Shown: one piece after another, positions 23,958 to 39,109 of the stretch | Position numbering within the stretch: the first letter of the stretch is position 1 | How the letters are laid out: the number at the start of each line of letters is the position of its first letter | Source: Balanoglossus misakiensis | Lineage: Eukaryota > Animalia > Hemichordata | Reading direction: 5' to 3' | DNA length: 64,000 nt | Assembly (NCBI GenBank): GCA_040954595.2 | Contig: CM082584.2 | Location: 11,126,552-11,190,551, forward strand | Position numbers and translations under genes: made by a program | Notes under the pieces: model-generated | Databases searched by the model: none | Told to the model about the DNA's origin: nothing | Seen by the model: only the letters and a program-made list of their open reading frames with translations

Positions 23958-26900
23958 GGACATAGAAGTCAGAGCACCCTCAAGAGAAACCACAGGTGTG
24001 AAGAAGGTGTCACACGGAGCTCTTCTGGCAACGAGAGAAGGAGATGAAGTCAATGCAAGACTGCATCTGGCCACCAGGATTGGTCAGTGTAGATCACGGC
24101 CACCGGTCTGTGACGTGCGTGTTGTGTTGTGTTGTTAAAACACATACAGGTGTTCTCGAGGTAGCTGTGCCCGTTGTGAAATTTGCACAGGTCTGCCAGA
24201 AAACACGCAATGCTGAGTGCCAACTATTATCCCTCCACCGATCAGGTCCATGATTTCTGATGTGAAATATAAAGTCAAATGCATTGCCATCCTTTAGTTT
24301 CACATCCTGCAGCTATATTCTGGTTGCAACCTGTTTATTTTTTTTTTGTTCAGTTATTTTCTTGTTTGTTCCCTGTCAGTGTTGGTAACCAGGTGATAGT
24401 CTTCACCTCAGAAAGCACATTTGCATGAGATATGTTTCTTGCGAATGTAAAATCATGACTTAATGGGGAAACAGTTCGGTACAGTGGGGTGGGGTTTTAA
24501 CTGTCACATTAGTGAACTCATTATGGGCATTGCCAGCTGACCTCAGTTGCCATGGTCACTCACATATACATTCTTTTCTACAAACATACAAGAGTCTCAT
24601 AAAAGAAATTGACAACTCACACATCATTATGTGATCTCATCACTGTACTCACACTGGGTTGATGAACAGAAGCTTTAGGATATCCCACTTGCACATTGTT
24701 CCTCTTGGGACAAAGTAACTCTCAGTTGCCCTCGTGGTGGACATTTTAAATGTTCATAGGAATGCCAGAATTTAGCGACTTGCTCCATAATCTCTTATTA
24801 CAAGTACAGTGGGCATTACAGCATGCAAAGACACCATTTTCTTTGTCAACAACTTGACAATTTGCGTTGCTTTTTACACAAGTGTACAAGCAAGCACAGT
24901 GACAACTCATACATGTAATCCTCGTTTCATGTCAAATTTTAGTCATAATGCACATGACTATAAAAATATATTTTTGACATCAGATAGGTGCTGATTGCAT
25001 CAAAAAGCTGACATGCCAAAATAACAAACTCAGTGTCTGCTTGCAGCTTGTAGTTCTGCTGAAATCCAGCCACTGAGGGCGCATGTCAGAAACTTCAAAC
25101 ATGGTAACTTTTTTTGTAAAATCCACTTGATTTTATTTGTCACAAAAAGATGAAAAGTAACAAAACATTAGACAGAAAACTTTGTCAATGAAATGAGACA
25201 TTGACAAACACCTTTAACGTTTTTTTCCATTTATATTGTACGCCTGAATTTGTTTCGCCTGGTGCTGTCAACAGTGAAAATCTTTTTTCAGATTCAAAGT
25301 CCACAACAAAATGTTGAATGATTGATGGAAAGTGATGCAGATCACCAGAATGGTTGGTGGCATTTTGTCATGTGTAAAGACACTTTTCTTTCAGTACTAA
25401 ACAAAGCAGGTCAACAACAAACGCAACAATGAAAACATTTCAAACTTCACCTGGACCTATGCTCACCATTGAAGAGCAATGTATCTTTGTGTGAACGATG
25501 TTAAACTTTTCCTGAATTTGACTGCAAGAGGTCCATTTTCTTCCACCTCGCTCCACAAACCACCGTCTCGTATCTGAACCAGTGCAAGCGTGTGTATTCA
25601 TTGTGTGTTGCTTCTATCATTGTCCTGACCTCACCGTTTGGGGATAGTCTCAGAAAAAAACTGATATGCAAATTATTCATTAATTATGCAAACATGTATC
25701 CGTAAAATTCCTCCGTAACCAACAACTCCATTGAGGACCTCTGGTACACTTGTATATACCAGACAATCAGAAAATTTACCATTTTTTTCATAAATCCTTA
25801 GAAAGAGAATTCTTTAAAATTGTGTCTGACAAGTTTAAGTTTGATGCTTGATTGTGGAATATTATTGATATTTACATTGGAAAATATGTGAGTAAACACA
25901 GCGTCAGAGTATGTATACTGTTGAAAGGTTCAAGCGCCTCGTGTAGAGGTGTTCACTCTTACTGGTTCAAGCTATAACACAGTCCACTGCAGCTAAATGT
26001 TAAGTCGAAGTTTAATTTTTTTAAATTTTCATAGAACCACTTGTAGGGTGCGTTGTGATCTTTCATTCTGTGCGGATGATCGTTTGTGGATATTTATCTG
26101 AACACGAGCACGCGTGTCATTGTCATTTTGTGGGCGACATTTGTGAGAGGTTCGATTCCAAGCTGTCGGAAACTTGGCGGTTCATTTCTGGCTCCATTGC
26201 AGGTAAAGGGGGGCGAATTTCACATATGAATCTAACCTTTGCATAATGAGACTCTCGCGGTCCACTGATTGGTTATAACACAGTCACGTGATGATTGCGA
26301 AAATGTGTAAATCATGTACATTACTTTCTGTGTAAATACTGTAAGGATGAGCAGAGCTCTTTTCCCCACTGGGCAGCAAACTGTATATTATGTTTATCAT
26401 GACAAACAGGATAAAAAGGAGACGAGAGATTTGTGTTGTAATCTATAAAGACAATTCTAAGTATAGATAGTATGAAAATAAAGCTATTTTTCCTTCAATG
26501 AGTTGATTTCAGCCTGGTTGCCTTTTTGGGTGGCAAAGATTTGAATCCATAAAGTTTAGCAGTGAAAAGCTCAGAATTAGACACCCCTGGCTACATGTCC
26601 GTATTGTGTGGGCAGTTCGTACATGTTCACCAAGGGCAGTACTATTTGTCATTTGCGGGGGGGGGGGGGGGGTGTTTCGAGTGCTTACAATAGAATCTGA
26701 CATGTAGTGGACAGACGGCTATATCTTCCCCTCCCGCGTGATGTGTTGGTGGCAAGTCCCTAAATGAAGACCCTAGGTGTCGTCATTTACGACTGACATA
26801 TGTGCGTATGCACTTGAAGGTAGCTCAGCAACCGTGAATGTTAGTTCAGACTCTGTCTGTGTAAATATAATTTGTTAGTACAAGTCCATACATAATATGT

Positions 26901-27161
26901 ACTATACGGGGGAGTATTTGACGAGAAATTCCGACCCGTGCAGTTTTAATAGTTCACCTTATCAACCATCATCCAGCTTGACCGTTAGTTCCACAATCAC
27001 CTACGTCTCCGTACAATGCATTGATTGGCAGGCCATTGGCAAGTTTGAGGCAGATTCAACGCACCGAAATTATTTTGACCCGAAAAACTTGTCCTTCATC
27101 AACAGTCAAGCAAGGCAAGTTCCAGATTTTCGACACCGCATCTTTGAACTTGAATGTGAAC

Positions 27162-27485
27162 ATGGCAGAGGGGAGCAAGCCTCGATTCCTACTGGAATTG
27201 GTCGACACGGCCGAAGTGGAAACAAGTCATGCAAGATTCCAGGTGAAGTTCACGGGCGAGCCAGCCCCGACGGTCGCCTGGTTCTACTCGGAGGAAGAAC
27301 AAGGGAAACGCACTCGGATTCACGAAGGCGACCGCTACGAGTTTGAGGCCACGAAAGGCGAAGTACACGCGCTAATTATTTCCGATGTCGTCACCGACGA
27401 TATTGGCTTCTACACTTGTCAGATCACCAACTGTCACGGAGCAGTCGAGAGTACAGCTGAACTTGGTGTCGAGGAAATTCCATAA
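27162..27485 (+). CDS. Small single I-set immunoglobulin-domain protein (telokin/APEG-1-like), 107 aa
   Basis: KPRF...ARFQVKFTGEPAPTVAWF...LIISDVVTDDIGFYTCQITNCHGAVESTAEL carries the typical I-set signature; single coding exon, no signal peptide. Confidence 0.8.
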   Translation: MAEGSKPRFLLELVDTAEVETSHARFQVKFTGEPAPTVAWFYSEEEQGKRTRIHEGDRYEFEATKGEVHALIISDVVTDDIGFYTCQITNCHGAVESTAELGVEEIP

Positions 27486-28183
27486 ATTTGTCACCAACGC
27501 GGAGCCTGCATCATGGACTCCCAGTTCAAAACCAATCCACAGGAATTCCATCCACACAGCCAATATCGATTGCTTGTGAATTTTCATCGCGACGACCCAC
27601 TGGAAGTACCTTACAATGGCTAATAAGTAAAACCAATACATCAATCTTACGTTAAATGATTTTTTCTCACCCAGCTATGTATGATTAAAAGACGATACCA
27701 CAGAAAGGCACATTACATAGATACCCAAGAACGTTTACTTACCAGAGAAAGAGTTGTCACATGACACTGTGAAATGTTGATGCTAAAACTGGTTTAATTG
27801 ATTGACCGAATTAGCCTGTGCAGGCCATCCAAAATATTCATTTGCCAAGTTTATCAAAGTAGTTGACCGGACTTACAGTACATTAACGAGACACGATACG
27901 ATTTTGTTAGTTTGACCGACCCTTTTCAGTAGTGTCCGATGTTTTGTTAGCTGCATTTCAAAGTTCAATGTAAATGTTCGAGCTGTCTAAAGTCCTGCCA
28001 TTTAAAAGATGTGTTTTAATCACTGTATTCCATGAAGTGGTGATCGTGTTTGCTTTCCCGACGTACATGCTGGCCACTCGTTGAGTTGGCTGTCACGGCG
28101 TCCTCTATTTGGTAAAATGCGTTCTGAATCTCTTTTCCATGATTGGCTCTTGGGCTACCAATGGTGTCCACTGTTGGACAGGT

Positions 28184-29735
28184 CTAGTTGCACCTGTTTG
28201 TGACAAGTCTAAGCATCCCCCTGTCGTGGAAGGTCCTGAGCAGCTCGAACTCTTCATTCCAGCCGTGGACGCTCTGCGCGTATTGATTGGTCTTGCGCGA
28301 CCACGCCCCGTAGTAGTGATGCGGTACTACATTCCCGGATGCGTCTCGGCCAAACGGGTAGAATCCATACACTGTCACGTGATCACAGAGAAGCAGGGCC
28401 ACTAAAACAGTCCTGATGCCCACGGTTGGTAAAGTCTGCAGTCGGAGGGTCCTGGTTTGGAATAAAAGAAAAATATGTATTCAATGAAAGGATGCAACAT
28501 ACATTGTCTCAAAGAACCCGTCTGCTAACAGGTGGTTCGTGACAGGCGGTGGGTATAGACAAATGCATAGTAAAACTCAGCGTCCGTTCATCGGTCGACA
28601 TTAGAAAGGTTGATATGAAAATTGATTTATTCCCGAATCTTACCTTTTTGCAAAGTTAGTGAAATCGCCATAAATAGTATATCCAACTCTAAAGTGTAGA
28701 TTAAAATCGCGTTTTATCTTTTGTAGAACATAGCTAAGCATCTCTGACGTACAATTTCCTTTCATGGAATCAGGATACCAGAGGACGGAATTTTTCAGTT
28801 TTCTGTATCGCCTGATCGCTTCCGCCTTGCTGACTTCGCCCGGAAAGAAGGTCTTTCTCCCGCTAGCCATGGAGTGGTACATGCGCAGACAAGTCAGTGC
28901 GTTCATAACCGTTAAATTGGTCTTGGATCCGACGTCGGACGCGAAGTTCCTCACATCCGGGAGATTGAAGCGGATGACGAATTCGTGTGCGTTGATTTCG
29001 TCACCACAACCGCTGTTCAGTAATATTCCCCCGTTTCCGACGACAGCGCACGTCCTCTGACGAGGGACCGTGTATGTTGTTTTCAAAGTTGTCTCCGCCA
29101 AGGTCGCGTTGAAATCCGTGGAGGATTGTTGCTGGAATCCCTGGCGACTGGTGAATCCGAAATCGTCTTTGAAGATTCGTATGATGTTTTCTGTTCGCAC
29201 CGCCTTCGACAGTTCGTTCCTAAAAAAAGATCATTCAGTGATTGAACATATTCTGAAAACAGCCAAATATTGTGTCATTCGAAAATAATGTAGTCACCAA
29301 AGGGATCCACATGGATAGAAACAGATCAATCTGGAAAAAAAACTTACTTGATTTTTTTTAACAAAGTTTCATTTCTCTGCCAATTCCATTGGACATCATT
29401 ATCCGCCACGTGCTGTAGCGTCATGGACGTGATATCCACTGTGCTGAGTAAAGGTACTACACGTCCAATTTTAACTTTCCTACAGTGATCAAAGCATAAA
29501 AACACTTGTAAATATTCACCACATGTTCCGGAAGAATTCACAGCCCTAGGAAAAGAGTCAAAAATATTTATAGAATATAAAAATGACCCTCGAAAAAGCA
29601 CGCGACAACTGATTCCACTTACCCAGAGCTGCGTATGTCCGAGGTGATCAGGTACGAAACCATTACTCGCAGTATGCATAAAACTGACACCAGAGCAATG
29701 CAAGACAAAAACCTCTTCCGAAATCGCAACTTCAT
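28184..29735 (-). CDS. Alpha-2,8-sialyltransferase-like (GT29, ST8Sia family), 362 aa
   Basis: Exons 29735-29623, 29479-29348, 29219-28644, 28451-28184 splice in frame. Type II anchor ([22 protein letters not shown]), L-motif [33 protein letters not shown]-motif PTVG...[16 protein letters not shown] motif III, VS motif HGWNEE, and the C-terminal Cys typical of ST8Sia. Confidence 0.92.
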
Positions 29736-31524
29736 AGTTTATGAGGCGATGCTCGTCAAAGTGATCGATTGCGTTCAGATGATGACGATGTCGTCGACCC
29801 TCGGAAGAATGACGTCACGGGGCTATCCAGGAGTAATCATATGTCAGCTTCATAGTCACGGCTCCGTCATATTGGTTGGGTGACATACCCTTGTATTGAT
29901 CGGACAATCCAAAGCTACAGAGTCAGAGAAAGACAAATTTTATTTGGTGGGTGATTTTGACCTTGATTACGCAATTCTAATGGCCTCTTAGAACATGGCT
30001 TATGTAATATTGATGTAAACCGTTGATATTCGTGTCATGCGATTATATGTACGTGACAAAGCTTTGCGAATAATAAGCCCATTGACACAGAAAAAAAAAG
30101 AATCGAATACAGATTGCTTCACAACACGTCACTCGACTTCATCTATGACTTTACAATATCATTATAAACACGTTTTGCTACCGTGTATGTTTCGGGTGGT
30201 GGCGCAGTGTGTTACACCATAGACAGTCTATGGTTTAATACACATGCATGTACTTGCCGTGAATTCATGCACACCTTTCAAAGTCATTTGGTACCCATCG
30301 ATCATCAGCTGACTTTGGTGATGAATATAATGGAAGTGCCGAATCTCTTTACATACTAGAACATTTCCCCGTGTTCACTGTCAAGATGTATGTCGTTCAG
30401 GAACTGTCCGTTGACGTTTGACAACTGTGATGGTGATCAGCTGACAAGCGATTACGTAACTACAATCGAAAGTCCGTGTAACTGAGCGCGTTCCACGTGT
30501 CACCGTTGGTGGCGGTGCGCCGCGCAGACAACGTGATCGTGTCCAATTGACGACGATGCACTCTCGCCACGTGGTTTCCTGATTACAGTAGTTAACGGAC
30601 ATCATTGATAAGCTAATACCTCGTACCGATACTGCATATTGTCTGTGTAAAGGTTAAAGTTCTGATGTGATGACCTTATCTGCACACACACCAACGACTC
30701 CGGCAGTTTTCTTCCATCACTGAAGAACCCGGCGATACAGCTGTGTGATTTTGAGAGACGTGCAAACTTTCAGTTGAGGTGAGTGGAATTTTCCGAATTC
30801 CGGCCAGAATTTTAACCGGGGAATTAAAACATGTCTGATCGGATTCCATCGTTTTGTGGTGGGGTTTTTTGGCGTGCGATGAAAATCTGGTACCAGTTAC
30901 TGTGTGACATTAGCGCCACATCCCAGAATACCAACGTTGCTGTGGTTGACTCGCCCACACGAACACGACTATAAACTTGTCATCTCCTGGCAATTTTGAA
31001 CACTTGGCATAAATCAATATGCTTCTGCCAATATCAAGAAATTATATCTGTACATAAACAAAGCACTCCAGTTTCTCAGTATCATAGACCCCTGCACTTG
31101 AGAAGAGTGACGTCACACGTCTTGGTGAAATTGTTGACAAAGGATGCGCATCACACCTTCTCAGATTGTACATTTAATTTGTAGTCTACTGTATACGTTT
31201 GTTCCAAGCCGTGATATTCAGTGCTGCAATCTGTTGCAGAACTATAGCGATATGTCTCGAAGTGTTAGTTAAATAGTAGCCTACTGACATCACTGTGTTA
31301 CAATCATTAACAAGGCAAACAGTCTGCGTGCGAGTGTGCTGGTGATGATTGTATGTAAACAAATGTGGTGATAATTTCCAAAATTGATCCCAGCGCTTTG
31401 TACAGTTGTATACGTGTTCATGTAGTTCGATTGGGAAGTCCAAAGGCACTTATTCAGTTTAATATTACCATGGTAGCTTATAATCTACGGCTTTTGATGC
31501 ATTGTTCACGTTCATTCGTAGGAC

Positions 31525-34102
<2,578 letters not shown>

Positions 34103-34398
34103 AGGGCGTCTTGCTTTATGTTAATGGTGCTGGTCACTGACGCGACAGTCAAGACAGCCAGTATCAGAAGTCTCTTTTATAGGGACTTTCAACCTTTACC
34201 CGACAGGCACAGTCCGTATGAAAACATGACCAGTATCTTATTACCCCACAACCACACTTTTATTCAGACGCTAGTACATGTATGTTATATTAACCTTACC
34301 ACCACCACCATCACCACACAACATTATTATATTTTATAAGATGTATAATGCTGAGTAGTCATATTATGCACGCGTCACCATGGAGATGTCTGTCCGGA

Positions 34399-37300
34399 TT
34401 ACACACCGGAAGCTTCGGTTTCTCCCATTGGTTCTGATTCGGGAACTCGTTCCGCCTGGAAGAGAAAATACAAAATGGACGCAGGACACCTCGTTAATAC
34501 ACAGAGGGGTGGTTCCAGAATTTCATGGTATAATATCGAAAATGTTGGTATAGGTTGTTGGCAAGACAATCAAATTAAATTGAATTACTCACCTGCTTCT
34601 GGCATTTCTTGACAAGGACGCATTCGCACAGCACCACCAGGACGCTGAGGACAATGCCAATCACGAGAAAGATCCACGCTCCTATGAGACTCATCAACGG
34701 GATAGCCCGGGGGCGTTGCACCTCATCAACCGCGGCTGGCTCAGCTTCGGAGACATCTTCGACATAGCAGGACCCGCTCCACCACTTTTGTTTGAGGACC
34801 TGTAGACTGCCGTCCTCTTGTAATGTGAGCAGAGCATTCGAGACCTGGTCGCGCAGAATTGAGTACTGTGGAAAGGCAAAACCGTACGACCGCATCGCGA
34901 TGGACCCGGGCAGGAACGCAAGATCGCAGGGTGGTTTGGCGCCGAGATATTCCAACTCGGCACCCTCTCCTATGAAAGCGTACTCGCCCCCGGAGTTGCG
35001 CACGCGCTCGACTCCTTCTGCTGCGGAGTCGACGAACACCGACGGCGTGGAGGCCATGAAATCCCACATCTTCCGGTAGGCATCGGCATACGAGTTTCGC
35101 AGGGTGTTCGAAGTCGACCCAGAGCGAACGGCGCCATAGCGGACAGCCGTCTGCTGGCTCAGTTCTTCGATGCTCATTGGCTGTGCACGCACACGCACCA
35201 CTGTCTTCTCGACGGTCAGGAAGGGCGACAGGTTCGACAAGTAGGCGAAGAGGACCACGAGGACGAAGAAGAACCAGAAGGCGCTGAGAACGCGAACGGA
35301 GACAGATCGCGGCGACCTGCGATAACCTTGTAGAGTGAACGTGCTTAGGGCGAACCACAGCGAGTTCCTGACGTTGAAACGGTTCCACTGGTGTCCAGGA
35401 ATGTGGTCTCCGTTATCCAGGGTCTTCCCAGTCGTCTCGTAAGGACTGACCTTACCCAGAAAGTAAACCACTAACCCAACAACGAGCACGGCAATGATTA
35501 TGCAGATCCACACTTCAACAGTAAATGGTTGGAGGAAAGCGAAAATATTCGGACCACCGCCCTTCACAGCGGAGGGCTTCTTTAGAATTACCTTGGTTAC
35601 AGAAGACATGAACGGTTTTGAAAAATCGACGACTTCTTCCCGGGTGCGTGAAATGGTAATGGGCCCTGCAGCCATGTCAGCATCCTGGATGGTAGATAAA
35701 AATAGCATAAGTTAGAAAACACGCCAATCTACAACTTTTTGGGTATGTCCAGATAAAACATGAATTGGAAGAGACAAAACTGGACAGCCAATCAAGACAG
35801 TGTATTGAACAACCATATAACTTACCCCAGAAATCAGTTCACCTATCATGCCACTCCAAGTACCATTCTGAACCATGCCATACTTGTCATCGCTGACGAG
35901 TTGGAGTTTGTAATCGAATGGAATACTCTGCGAGATCATCTTCACCAAATCCGGGATGTAGCCTTCAAATCTGTCGTTACCTTCAGCATCCCCATCCCTT
36001 ATGGTCAGATATGGCTCCGACTATAGTGACAATAGAGAAAAGAATCAAAAGTTTGGTCAGAATGGTTTTCATAAACACAAAAATGGTTTTATTGAATTTT
36101 GCAACACTTGGCTTGCCATACCAGACCTATTGCCGTTGTATTCTGTGGAGATTCGCCCTTGGACATAATATGGACACTTACTTCTATGGTCGTTATGGTG
36201 ATCATCAGAGGAGCCTCGCTTTCAGCCTGCCGTTCAGCGCGTTCACGATTTGCTGAAACGACAAAAAAAATGAATGATTATATCACCATTCTGTCTGCAT
36301 GTCAATTCACGTCAGAAACAGTTTTCTTTTTTTCAATTTCGGCGATTATCAGGTCTGTTGTCTGAGTCCGGATATTAAAACATCATAATTTTTTAATTTC
36401 CAAAGCATTCATTGAGTGAAAATCCTTCACAGGGATCGGTTTAATTCATATGCTAAAACATTGCGTTAAGCCTTATTTCATAGAAAAAATAACAATGCGA
36501 GATTCCATTCTGTAACAATAGCAAAACATATGACATGTCGAAACAATGACATCGTCATTAAAAAACGACCATTGTGAGCACACACACAAAATGTCCACCA
36601 AGAATCATACGATTTGTGCTACCTTGCATTTCCCAGGTTATTGTTTGTATCAGAAGAGGGGAAACTGGGCGGGGTTTAACGAAACAACACAGCCTCGTTA
36701 ACTCTCATCAAGTATTTGCTAAAACGCTGTCGATTGCACCGATTTACAAATTGACGTCTGGAGTCGATCTGGGTTGATTCTCGCCATTTGTTTTGCATGC
36801 GATTGCTCGCTGTTTTAACAACTTGTCAAATTTCCGACGTTTAGGGGTCGTCGATTAAATGAATACGAAAGAGGAACTGGTTCTTCATTCGGTTTTTGTA
36901 TACCTCCACCCTCTTCACCAAGAAAAGAACACAATTTCGATGATTATATGACCATGCTTGCCGCGATTTCGACGCCCGGGAAGCAAATCGACGCCCGCCC
37001 CTCCCCTCCCCTCCCCTCCCCTCCCCTCCCCTCCCCTCCCCTCCCCTCCCCTCCCCTCCCCTCCCCTCCCCTCCCCTCTAAAACGGAGCCAACGTTTCTC
37101 GACGTGCATCGCTTTTAATGATCGGCGGCTACTTATGTTACATTGAAAGTTTTTGCTATTATATTTCCGTATCGTGTAACCGGGTGCAATTTGTAGTCAG
37201 GAAATTAGTTTACTTTCATTAATACAGGTAGTTATGTGCCTAATTTGTAAACGTGTCGTTGGGCGATGGCAGTGGGCGTGGCGGATTTTTTTGCAAGATA

Positions 37301-37584
37301 AGCGAAGTCATTCAGCTGCCCAATATGAAAGCACCCATAGAAACTGAATGCAGTTTTGTTCGCCCAATATGTTTTAGCCTTCAGTAAAGAAAGTGTTGCA
37401 TTGCAAACACAACATCCTAGTATGCTAAAGTTAAATGCATAACAGACACGAACACGGTAGAAAGTGTAAAATACGTGCCGTAATATTAATATTTGAAGTT
37501 TGGAAACCTACCTTGAGCGCCAACACAGAGGAAAGCAAGACAGAAGAAACTGACGAAAGAGGGTTTGCTGTGAAGCTTGCGCAT
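34399..37584 (-). CDS. Ionotropic glutamate receptor-like protein lacking the amino-terminal domain, copy A (495 aa)
   Basis: Exons 37584-37512 (signal peptide), 36252-36182, 36020-35826, 35684-34593, 34455-34399 splice in frame. S1 (FEGYIPDL, KYG, WSGMIGEL, ITISRTREEVVDFSKPFM), M1, NSLWF re-entrant loop, M3, S2 (SGST, KPPCDL, LKQKWW..C), M4, C-terminus EASGV*. Confidence 0.92.
36998..37078. repeat. (CCCCT)n microsatellite in intron 1 of iGluR copy A
   Basis: About 16 pentamer units; the G-rich strand has G-quadruplex potential. Confidence 0.95.
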
Positions 37585-37968
37585 TTTCAGACTTGAAAAC
37601 ATCAACTTTCGCAGTTTCGGTACACCAGAGCGAGATCGATCAGAGCCTCGGTAGTCTGCGCCAATTTGCCTGCTGCACCTTTATCTCAAGGCCAGTTAAT
37701 TTTACCCATAATTCCGCGCGCCAAATCGCTGGTTTTGACAGGGCTGCAACATAATTGGTAATGCTGTGGCAAGGGCATATACATTTGCATACGTTATGCT
37801 TCAGCAATGTACTTTCGTTGGATCATTTACACTGTATTTAAATATGTATGAAAATAGGAGAAGTAATTGACCAAATTAAACCCCGTCATTATGCAAACAT
37901 TTATTCAAAGCCACGCAACAGAATAATAGATAGGGTTCTCTGATAGGTACATGGCTAAAATATGTTAA

Positions 37969-38709
37969 GGGAGCATTCGTTTTTTACAGGGAGGGGGGGG
38001 GGGGCCGGTGGAAATCAGGGGGGGGGTTTACTTTTACAAAGCAGTTTTTAGGGGGGGACAAATTTTATAATCAAGGGATTATTATATAGGGACTGAAAGG
38101 GGGGGGGGACTTGAAAACTTTGACGGCTGAATATTTATTTTGAGTCCACAAAAATGCAGTTTCGCGTCCTTTATTTTACAAAATTTTCTAATGTGGGAGG
38201 GGGACACCCCCTCCCACACCCACCCCCTCCATTCATCAACACCTTTCAATCATTGACTGCTTTATCTTGTGTCCCAGGTCAGGGGACTTGCCCCCACCCC
38301 ATGATAACTTTGAGCGGCGACGTTAATTTGCTTTTGCTGGGTTCATTAAAATGCAGCTTTGAGCTCTGTATTTTATAAAATTTTCTTATGTGGGAGGGGG
38401 ACACCCCCTCCCAAACCCACCCCCTTCAATTCTCGGTTTACAATGTCTCCCAACACAGAATACAAATACTTAAAAAATAAAAACAATGTTCAGTTTTACT
38501 ACCCACTGATGAGGGGAAACATCGGTTTCAAATTCTTTTCATGGGAGCGCTGTGTCCATGATAAGTTTAATCCGGTGGATAAACTTTTTTTTTTTTGGGG
38601 GGGTCACATTTTAGAAAAGTAATTTCCAGGGGGGGTTGCCTTTTACGTTTAGTCGGCGACTCAAATTCCACCGGCCCCCCCCCCCTCCCTGTAAAAAACG
38701 AATGCTCCC
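37969..38709. mobile_element. Non-autonomous PIF/Harbinger (Tourist-like) MITE, ~740 bp
   Basis: ~45-bp TIRs gggagcattcgttttttacagggagg(G)nccggtggaa / ttccaccgg(C)ntccctgtaaaaaacgaatgctccc, TAA target-site duplication at 37966-37968 and 38710-38712, no transposase ORF. Confidence 0.88.
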
Positions 38710-39109
38710 TAATCAATATTCGTAATTATTAGATTAAAAGTTAAAAATAACTATTCATTCCGGGTTTACAACAATCCGTATAAAAGCTGTAAATTCGTAC
38801 ATCATTTAAAAAAGTAATCCAGTGGTCGATTGCTATAGCTTTGTGCCAAAGACACAAATTCCACCAAGTTAGATCAGGGCAGGGCTGTGGGTGGGATGGT
38901 GCTCACTGGAAACTAACAGCACAATGTCGCACCATAGAAGGATAACTAACCATAGTCATAACGGTATAATGACACAAGATCTAAACTAAAACACCAAAAT
39001 TATTCGTTCTGTAAAGTTCGACTCATAAAACACAACAAAGAGTGAGGCATGTTTCTTCTCGGTCTCGGTACAATAGATGTTTCTGTTCTTGTAGTGTAGG
39101 CCTGCATGC

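Noticed and set aside
26140-26165. ggttcgattcc B-box / tRNA T-loop-like motif
   Set aside because: No 5-bp T-stem, acceptor stem or A-box; not a tRNA.
36915-37146. PPLPS / GGEGR repeat ORFs
   Set aside because: Translations of the (CCCCT)n microsatellite.
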